NCBI GenBank assembly: GCA_030141605.1
Contig: JAQGDQ010000067.1
Span: forward strand, 372,001-436,000
DNA: 64,000 nucleotides
Direction: 5' to 3'
DNA from: Tubiluchus corallicola
Lineage: Eukaryota > Animalia > Priapulida
In this document: positions 39,201 through 64,000 of the stretch, piece by piece
How positions within the stretch are numbered: the first letter of the stretch is position 1
How the letters are laid out: every line of letters begins with the position of its first letter
Position numbers and translations under genes: made by a program
Notes under the pieces: model-generated
Told to the model about the DNA's origin: nothing
What the model saw: only the letters and a program-made list of their open reading frames with translations
Database searches by the model: none

Positions 39201-42200
39201 CACATGCCGTAATATATTCTTTCAGATCAGCATTCATACATGGCCAATAGACACATTCTCTAGCATGTCTTAGACACAATTCAACAACAAGATGAAACAA
39301 ATGTACGGCTTCTCGCATCTCCTTGAGAAGACTCATAGGAATCACCACTTGGTCACCTTTGAATATAATACCATCTTGAACAGTGTATTCATCACGTGTA
39401 TGATAGTAAGGATGCAAGGATATAGACACATTTTGTTTCTGTTCAGGCCATCTTTCATGATCATCTCAGATAGCTGATTCATCACATCATCACACTCTGT
39501 AGCTTCACGAATTTTATTTAATCTTTCTTGACGCACTGGAAGTGTTGTGATACCATTCAGATTTTCACATTCTTTACCATCTTCTGTGGAAGACAGGAAT
39601 GATCTAGATAGTAGGTCGGCAATGTGCATTTCATTGCCAGGTAAATATTCAATATTAATGTCATATTGCTGTAGTTTTAGCATCATACCTTGCAAGAGTC
39701 TTGGAGCCATGCACAAAGGTTTATGCATGATTGACTGTAGTGGCTTATGGTCTGACATCACTATGGTCTGACGTCCTACCAAAAGCATACTGATGAAATT
39801 TGTTCACCGAGAAAACAATAGCCAACATCTCTTTCTCGATCTGAGCATATCACTTTTCAGTTGCAGTTAAAGCACGACTTGCATACGAAATTGGGCTATC
39901 ATTTTAGAGTAAGACACTACCCAAACCAAATTGACTGGAGTCACACCGGATCATCAAAGGTTTATTCGGGTCATAAAAAGCTAATAATACTGGAGCAGTA
40001 GTCACCAAATGTTTCATACTTGAAAAGCTTCGTCTTGTTCTTTGCCCCATGACCACTCAGCATTTTTCACAGTAATCTTTCTTATTGGTTCTAGCACTTC
40101 AGATAATTTAGACACGAATCTCTCCAAGTAATTCACCCTACCTGCAAGCCTCTGTACTTCAGTTACATTACTTGGAGGTTTCATTTTCACTATGGCTTCA
40201 ATTTTTGATGCATTAGCATGAAGACCATCTTTACCAACTTTGTGACCTAGGAATGTTATTTCAGATTTCCTCAAGTCAATTTTCTTCTTGTTGAATTTTA
40301 TGCATTTATCTTTACTGCACTGAATCAACGATTTGAGATGCACATCATGATCAACAAGTGCTTGTTCATCACTGTCCCCAACTCCATACAGCAGGGGTGT
40401 GCAAAGTGCAGCCCGCGGGCCGCTTGCGGTCCGCCGAGAGATTTTGTGCGACCCACGAAGAGATTGGTCAACCTAATGAAAGTGCGGGCCAGGCGATGAA
40501 TTAAGTGTATCCAGCGTAGAGATAGTGCGGGCAGTTTTTTCCACTAGATCGGGTGGCATTAACCCTTACAAGGCGGTTGTCACTTAATGTCACTGTCGGA
40601 CATGACGAAATTTAACGTTGCTCACTTGGAACACAAAAAAGCGATGTAATCACAGAACACAGCAAACTATCACGGAAGCCGCCATTGAAACACTCAAATG
40701 TACAAGCAATCTGATTGGCTGGTAGGAAGACCAACCAGCCAATCTCTAGGCTTTTATTATCGGGGCTGTTGACCTGCCCAGTTGTCTTCTTGGTCACAGC
40801 AGGTAGATCATTTTGACTTGGTTATTTTACAAAATAAACTATAAATAAATAAACTATAAAAAATATAAAATAACCAAGTCAAAATGATCCACCTACTATG
40901 ACCAAGAAGATGACTGGGCTGATTAAATTGTAGGTAGCCAGCAAGCTGAAAGTGTGGTCACCCCTGATATAGGGGGATTCCCAGATTTTAGTTTCCGCTT
41001 AGGCTCAGTAGTACAAACCTGGATCAGTGGCTGTTTCGTCGTTTCAACAGGTGTAGTGTTCTTATAGATCAGAAACATGGATAAGAAAAAAGAGAAAGAT
41101 TGAAGAAGAACATCGAGTCAAGGCTGGTTAATATGCACTGTACTACACAGACTGTGTGATACACATCACTAATATGCATTGTAATGAAATTACCACTATC
41201 TGTCGTGAAAGTAGAAATATATGGTTTTTAATATAAATTTTAATAACTTCTAAAATAGTTTCTTGAGTGTAGTAGTAATGATGTGCGCAGATCGGATGCA
41301 AAAAATCGTTATTAGGCCCTACTATGCTTGGCTCCTTAATTAAACTGCCTGTGGCCCGCAGGAATTGCGGAAAAATTAATGTGGCCCGGCTAGTCAGATA
41401 ATTTGCACACCCCTGCCATACAGCATGACATTGTCCGAGACAGATATCACATTATGAAGACCATCTAATGCCTGATGTAAAAATTTCACTTGACAAAGAC
41501 AAACCAAAGGGAAGCCTTGTCCACTTACCAAAAAGCATTTGAAAAGTAGTCAGCAAACTTGATTCACGACCTAGTACACAATGTCAATAACCATTTTCCA
41601 GGTCAAATTTCGAAAATATACGAGCTTTGGATAGTTCTGGTAAAACATCATCAATGACTGGAAGTGGTGCATTTCACCTTTAAGGCTTTTCAATGCCTGG
41701 GATCAACAAATGGAATACTTTCTTTTTTCGACTTGCAACCATTCTGCTACACCATTTAGTCGGTTCTTCTTGTCTGACTACGACACCTTTAGTCTCAAGT
41801 TCTGTCAGTTTTTGTTTAATTTTGCTTTTAATGCTGACAGGTACTCGGCATGAAGCAATAGCCACAGGTTTAACACAATTATCAACTGTAAGATGAACTA
41901 AAGCTGGCAAACTTCCAATTTCTCCTTCAAAACCAACGTCTGACTCACTATGTACAGCTTAATGTTTTCATAGTATATTTCTCTGCTCAATCTTTCTTGC
42001 TTAACAAGATGTTTTACTACAACAAATTCTAGGTTGTATTTCTTTTTGTTCTTCATGTTACGTACATTTAGTCTGCATTTACCTTCAGCTTTCACTTCAC
42101 TGCACTTTTCAGTTTTACATTGCAGGGTTGAAGTGGTATATTGTCTGCTAAATGCCATGGGATAGCATTTACTCTAGCACCAGAGTCAACGTGGAATTTA

Positions 42201-44418
42201 ACTTTTTTACCACTGTGACAAATTTCCATCTCAGCCATGACTGATTTATTGGAATTTTTACTAATTTGCTTAGAACTCACCCGATGATTCCTGTCTGACT
42301 TTGCATATTTACAGTTCTGGGTTGCGATATTGTGCTGATTTTTTTTTCCTTAATGCCGTCACCACTTGAAAATAGCATCATCTGTCTAGGTTTTCCGTAG
42401 ACTGCGTGTACACAGCAGTCTGCTCATCATCTTGACATGCTGCTAACTGTTGCTTAGCCATCTGGTGTGCTATTGCAATCTTTACCGCGAGTTCAAAACT
42501 CAACTGTGCATAGTCTCCTTTGAAAATTTTTTTCGCAAAGACTGACGTCGTTACATTCGAAGATTAGTCATTCGCGTAACATGCTGTCTTTTTCAGTGTT
42601 GAAATCACAGTCCTTCACTAAGACTTTTAGTCGGGCCAGGAATTAGTCAACTGCTTCATCCTTTTGCTATGTACAAAATTTTGTTTTGGCACTGAGAGCA
42701 TTTTTTCTCACATAGAAATATTCATCAAATTGTTTTGTGACTACACTCATATAATCAATTCATTCATCAGAAATGTCTTCAGTGGCCGGGGCCCACGTAA
42801 AACCATTATAAATTTGCTTCAGTTATTCACCTCCTAGGTTAATCAGTAAAGCAACTTCACGTTTATTTTTGAAATTAGCAGCTAACATAAAATATTTGAA
42901 ATCTTGTTTGAATGTTTCCCAGTACTCCTTGTTGTTTCCATCCGCAGAAAGTTTTATCAGTTTTCCTGGATTTAACCCTACCCCGTTTGCCAATGCACAC
43001 TATTACGCTGTAGCAGTAATGTTCAACACTAATAACAGCTGCCCCTGCACATGCAGACACGAAGAAAATAATACGAGAGGTTACATACATTGTTTAAACT
43101 TAATAGTTCTCCACTGGTTTGCCCGTATCACCCACCGTTGCCATCACGTTTTGATATGCCCGACAACACCGCAAATAAGGATAAACACGCAGAAAAGGAT
43201 TAATTAGAAATGATACTTTATATCATCATTTTATGAAACAACAACTTAACAGGTACAGAAACTCTCGAGATGTCGCAGAACACTACATTACCAAAAAGAA
43301 GTCTTATTAAAATAGTATTAAAATAGTGCTGGATATTGTTACAGTATGTCACTTTAATTTTGCTTAGTAACTTTAATGGATTGTGGATTAAGTTTCACAA
43401 TGTGCAGTTGTGTCACTAATAACACAACTGCCACTTAATCGGTATATTTAGAGCAAAATAAACAATCAATCAAACCAATCAATCATAATCAATCAATTAG
43501 TAATTATTTTTGTGCAGTACAGCATAACACTAATGCAGCATAATGTTTGAAAAGCAAACCTCCTTCCAAAGTGCTTTCTCTTGAGCAAGACTTGAACAAG
43601 CAGCAACAAACCAGCAATTTCCCAGACTTCCCTGGCTAACGTCGCCACTACTCGCTCCTTCCACAAACAACTTTGGATTGCTGCAAAGTTCCTAAAAATA
43701 AATTTTCTTAGTTTTACATTTACTATTTTTCTCACGCTTTCATTAAAATTGTTATTGTAGGCAAGGTAATACATGAAACTTAATACATGAAACAAATTAA
43801 ATATTGTTTAGCCAATACCTAGACACTTTAACACCTAATGTGCGCACCAACATGGATATTCTAATCTCTGCAAGAAACAGTCTTTGCAGCACTAGAGGTT
43901 GTCTAGTACTGCAACCAATATTATTTACTTTTTGAGTTTATCTCACTGCATTTTTTTTGCTTAACTTTGCGATGTACAAATATGAATAATTGTTCTCAGA
44001 CTCAGTATAGACTTGAACTGTTTTGAATAAATGAATAACTAGATTAAAAAGATAAAATGTTGAAGAGCAGATTCAACATACACTGTGCAGAATAGGGTAA
44101 TATTCATTTCATATTTATGGTCCTAAAGGTACGGTCCTAAAAACTACATGTTTGTGTAGAAATTAGAATTCCAGTTCACAAATAAATTGTACGAATGCCA
44201 TTTACAGTACAACTGACTATAATAACAGAGATGTAATCATTTACCTTTGGCCTTTTCCATTGGACTCCTCCAACTCGTTGAGAATAAAACAATGATGAAT
44301 CATCAGCAGGAAACTCAGGATCTACAAATAACGTACCAGAATCTGTACATTGTTTCTTCAGTTCATCATATTTCTGATTTTTAAATGGCTTAGGCGAGCT
44401 AAACAGTCCTAAAACCAT
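14068..44418 (-). CDS. CAPN5: Calpain-5 / Tra-3-type atypical calpain (CysPc + domain III + C2), 12 coding exons, 642 aa
   Basis: Exons 44245-44418, 43560-43691, 27390-27598, 22975-23167, 22530-22729, 21222-21299, 20264-20441, 19966-20091, 19050-19246, [17491-17612 or 15146-15267], 14515-14654, 14068-14247. All are GT-AG and phase-compatible (1929 nt). Catalytic triad motifs [12 protein letters not shown] and RNPWG are intact; there is a C-terminal C2 domain and no penta-EF hand. Confidence 0.96.
14515..14654 (-). CDS. CAPN5: Calpain-5 exon 11 (C2 domain)
   Basis: [43 protein letters not shown]; 140 nt, GT-AG. Confidence 0.93.
15146..15267 (-). CDS. CAPN5: Calpain-5 exon 10b (alternative; acidic-loop version)
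   Basis: [40 protein letters not shown]; 122 nt, phase 2->1, gtttttag acceptor, gttgga donor. Confidence 0.88.
16061..16225. repeat. Three-copy ~55-bp tandem repeat between calpain exons 10a and 10b
   Basis: Unit approx. ctgaccgtcacagtggattcctcagac...acattccagataa repeated three times with substitutions. Confidence 0.85.
17306..17481 (-). promoter_or_regulatory. Cluster of Rbfox-type (U)GCAUG intronic splicing motifs downstream of exon 10a
   Basis: TGCATG on the transcribed strand at 17476-17481, 17397-17402 and 17373-17378; GCATG at 17412-17416 and 17306-17310. Confidence 0.6.
17491..17612 (-). CDS. CAPN5: Calpain-5 exon 10a (alternative; Cys-rich version)
   Basis: [40 protein letters not shown]; 122 nt, phase 2->1, catgtag acceptor, gtagag donor, no stops; homologous to 10b. 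Confidence 0.85.
18200..18272. repeat. (CA)n microsatellite, (UG)n in calpain pre-mRNA
   Basis: Direct observation. Confidence 0.97.
18515..18590 (-). mobile_element. Degenerate tRNA-like/SINE head
   Basis: Minus-strand A-box-like TGACCTAGTGG and B-box-like GGTTCAAATTC at tRNA-like spacing; no intact cloverleaf. Confidence 0.4.
19050..19246 (-). CDS. CAPN5: Calpain-5 exon 9
   Basis: [10 protein letters not shown]...[24 protein letters not shown]; 197 nt, ends in phase 2. Confidence 0.95.
19966..20091 (-). CDS. CAPN5: Calpain-5 exon 8
   Basis: [21 protein letters not shown]...[10 protein letters not shown]; 126 nt, GT-AG. Confidence 0.92.
20264..20441 (-). CDS. CAPN5: Calpain-5 exon 7
   Basis: [12 protein letters not shown]...[16 protein letters not shown]; 178 nt, GT-AG. 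Confidence 0.95.
21222..21299 (-). CDS. CAPN5: Calpain-5 exon 6
   Basis: [26 protein letters not shown]; 78 nt, GT-AG. Confidence 0.93.
22530..22729 (-). CDS. CAPN5: Calpain-5 exon 5 (catalytic His and Asn)
   Basis: [11 protein letters not shown]...[17 protein letters not shown]; 200 nt, GT-AG. Confidence 0.95.
22975..23167 (-). CDS. CAPN5: Calpain-5 exon 4
   Basis: [26 protein letters not shown]...SLMSCAIA; 193 nt, GT-AG. Confidence 0.95.
24100..27210 (-). mobile_element. Degraded CR1/Crack-type LINE ORF2 (PHD-APE-RT) in calpain intron 3
   Basis: PHD remnant WINLRCT..SWYCEIC; [29 protein letters not shown]; [22 protein letters not shown]; fragmented by stops and frameshifts. Confidence 0.9.
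27390..27598 (-). CDS. CAPN5: Calpain-5 exon 3
   Basis: [50 protein letters not shown]; 209 nt, GT-AG. Confidence 0.95.
28051..33052. mobile_element. Small TIR element whose left TIR is split by the Crack LINE
   Basis: 28051-28098 joined to 32851-32874 reconstitutes the reverse complement of 32989-33052. Confidence 0.65.
28099..32852 (+). mobile_element. Crack/CR1-group LINE, near full length: ORF1 remnant (28115-28672) and PHD-APE-RT ORF2 (28710-32177), disrupted
   Basis: ORF1 [30 protein letters not shown]; ORF2 starts [23 protein letters not shown] (PHD), then [39 protein letters not shown]. 3' hairpin 32731-32769, AATAAA and (att)n tail to 32852; ttaaaa(a)g at both flanks. Confidence 0.93.
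33270..33450 (-). repeat. 3' LTR of the Gypsy element; polypurine tract at 33451-33464
   Basis: Minus-strand AAAAGAGGAGGGA directly precedes TGTAAC. Divergence from the other LTR is roughly 10-15% by eye; the outer edge is lost. Confidence 0.85.
34437..34880. repeat. Imperfect ~200-240-bp tandem duplication
   Basis: gtttctggtg(t/c)tatttcgcactttatatactgtg... and ...ctgatagaacaagatagacaggaaaaccacaaattacag blocks each occur twice. Confidence 0.8.
35387..35600. repeat. Two-copy ~119-bp tandem repeat
   Basis: caacctcaaacgtgcggcctt(c/t)gtgctgtaaattccat... at 35387 and 35506. Confidence 0.85.
35649..37517 (-). pseudogene. 3' four exons of a DNA-transposon-associated protein (resembles DUF6729-type, possibly Sola3-related; family unverified)
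   Basis: Exons 37305-37517, 36661-37195, ~36277-36549 and 35649-~36171 give [50 protein letters not shown] and a C-terminal CKKCG..GH..FCP zinc finger. One donor is mutated (GG), there is one in-frame TAA, and the N-terminal part is absent. Confidence 0.6.
40392..41415 (+). mobile_element. Internally deleted hAT (Charlie/Buster/SPIN-like) element inserted in the Gypsy RT
   Basis: Perfect TIRs CAGGGGTGTGCAAA / TTTGCACACCCCTG and perfect 8-bp TSD ccatacag (40384-40391, 41416-41423); remnant transposase start [13 protein letters not shown] at ~41077. Confidence 0.92.
40776..40919. repeat. 54-bp inverted repeat (foldback) inside the hAT element
   Basis: 40776-40829 is the reverse complement of 40866-40919 with about 5 transitions; 36-nt A-rich spacer. 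Confidence 0.85.
43147..43343 (-). repeat. 5' LTR of the Gypsy element; PBS immediately inside (~43126-43146)
   Basis: Direct repeat of 33270-33450 beginning TGTAAC on the minus strand; followed by TGATGGCAACGGTGGG, resembling a tRNA-Leu PBS. Confidence 0.85.
43560..43691 (-). CDS. CAPN5: Calpain-5 exon 2 (catalytic Cys)
   Basis: [44 protein letters not shown]; tttttag acceptor, gtttgc donor; 132 nt. Confidence 0.95.
44245..44418 (-). CDS. CAPN5: Calpain-5 coding exon 1 (MVLGLFSS...VQWKRPK)
   Basis: ATG at 44418, 7 nt inside an acceptor (ttttgacag, exon edge 44425); donor gtaaat; motif [13 protein letters not shown]. Confidence 0.93.
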
Positions 44419-44760
44419 GATGCTCCTGTCAAAAGGAAAATTACAAAACAAGATTAAAAAATTGTTGCAAAACTTTCACAAATTTTAAATTGCAATAAAA
44501 GCTAAATCATTACGCAGCTACAATAAACTATAATGCTTATTTACAAGGACTTTGATGTAGATATATTGACATAGATTTCAGCTTAAATGTTCTTTAAGTG
44601 GTGTGCGATATCGAGAAATGCAGCAGTAATTATTCCTCTGTATAAAGCTGTTGTCTGACCCATTCTGGAATATGCGTCGGTGGTATGGTCACCCCAGTAT
44701 GCTACTCTCAAGAATGCTCTCTAAAGAACTCAGGATAGATGTACTCGTCTTGCTAGTGAT

Positions 44761-45100
44761 TTGGATATCACTTCAATTTCTATACTCGAGCTAAAGAGTG
44801 AGACTGTAAACCTTGTGAACCGCTTCAAAATAAAAAGTGAAAATATTGTTCTGACTGAGACAGACATTTTTCCAGCTCACAAAGTTATTTATGGTCATGA
44901 ATCTATGTTATTTGTGCAACCAGCTAGAACCTTTGGGCATCGTGTAGTTCAACCATGGAATCATCTTTCATCATAAACCACCAGTGCTTCATCAGTTGAC
45001 AGTTTCAAAAGGCATATAAGAAAGGCCGTTCACAGATAGTTACCATCTAGGTCCTTATTTCTTTGGATAAGGTGTTTTTTCTTCGTGTAAAAATAGGCTG
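44761..45100 (+). mobile_element. Short CR1-like 3' fragment
   Basis: YGHES..FGHRVVQPWNHLSS*TTSASSVDSFKRHI resembles the C-terminus of CR1 ORF2. Confidence 0.55.
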
Positions 45101-45499
45101 GAGTGCCACTATATTTATTACAATTTGGTAAATATTAATAAGCAACAATTACTAAACACAGTTTATGGCGAAAATAGCAAAACTTTATACACTGATCTAG
45201 GTTCTTTTCACTCACTTTCCAATTAAACTTGAAAATACAACGATTCTTCCTTATACAAAATAACACCACACCCGGCAGCCTCACCAAAGTACAAAACCAA
45301 GTGTACTGCTCTATAGAGACTACAGTACTGTTACAAACAATCTGTATTTTGTAAGGGGTGGCTTGTACTAATAACAAAATAGCCTAACAATAACTATTCT
45401 GTAACACAAACAGATTTAAAATATCTCAACTTAGTATTACGGCATTTAGCTTTTTACTGAAGTTCTCTATTTTGTTTTTTTTAAATTCTGCTTTTTTGG

Positions 45500-45768
45500 T
45501 TCAATCTGAAAAGCAGCCTCCACCCCAAAACTCCTTTATTTGAAAAAGTACTTCAGTACCCGAACAACAGATGGCAGCTCTTGCCTTTGTAAAATTTTCT
45601 GAACGAACAGTCGTCACACTATACTTTCCTTGTAGTTGTAACGTGGCATATTTGTGTGTTTCTCTGATTAGGAAATACAGTTATCAATTTCGTTAGCTAT
45701 CGTCATATTTTTTTTAAACTGAGCCGCAAGGCAGTATAATAACAGCGAACATTTTCGAAATAACAAAA
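45500..45768. promoter_or_regulatory. Probable shared (bidirectional) promoter / 5' UTR region of Rab6 and calpain-5
   Basis: Divergent orientation; the calpain ATG exon starts at an acceptor, so an upstream non-coding exon is required. Local CpG enrichment; candidate minus-strand donor TTCGG|gtactg at 45559. Inferred. Confidence 0.5.
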
Positions 45769-63763
<17,995 letters not shown>

Positions 63764-64000
63764 TAAACTTCTGTTTAGTCGAACTTATAATTAAACAAAT
63801 TTCCATGTCCGTATCTTTTTAAAAGACTTATTATTGCGGAATTATTATTTTGCATTGGATATCACTCAAATCATTGTATATTTTTAACTACATAATACTT
63901 GATACAGTAACAGCAGTTTATAATATTTTGGAAGCTTTAGCAGCTGTTTATGGAGTAATCTTATGCAACATTTGCCAAACAAAGGTGTGCCTGAAATTCT

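Larger units (their letters stand above)
33270..43343 (-). mobile_element. Gypsy (Mag-like) LTR retrotransposon, degraded, with internal insertions
   Basis: Two ~190-bp LTRs, PBS and PPT. Domain order on minus strand: gag (~43060-42300), protease [12 protein letters not shown], RNase [10 protein letters not shown], integrase ([26 protein letters not shown]), ending [10 protein letters not shown] near 38219. Confidence 0.92.

Noticed and set aside
43493-43795. 100-aa minus-strand ORF
   Set aside because: Wrong frame over calpain exon 2.

Overview
AT-rich animal (probably marine invertebrate) genomic DNA with spliceosomal introns. Two host genes can be rebuilt exon by exon. A complete calpain-5/Tra-3-type gene lies on the minus strand (12 coding exons, 44418->14068, 642 aa). 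The first five coding exons of Rab6 lie on the plus strand (45769->63762, continuing past the window end), head-to-head with calpain-5 across about 1.3 kb. The main unexplained structure is a duplicated calpain exon 10: two divergent 122-nt, same-phase copies (17491-17612 and 15146-15267) encoding alternative versions of the linker and first strand/Ca-binding loop of the C-terminal C2 domain. They are flanked by UGCAUG (Rbfox) motifs in the layout expected for a tissue-regulated mutually exclusive switch. The introns hold many, often nested, transposons: CR1/Crack-type LINEs, an RTE LINE, a Mag-like Gypsy element with both LTRs, PBS and PPT, hAT MITEs with 8-bp TSDs, tRNA-SINE heads, and a spliced DNA-transposon-like pseudogene. 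One near-intact LINE has a ~250-codon hydrophobic leader joined to its endonuclease through a variant 2A-like peptide (GGIETNPGP). A possible last exon of a third, unidentified plus-strand gene lies at 10649-10783. All calls are by eye; TE family names and outer boundaries are approximate.
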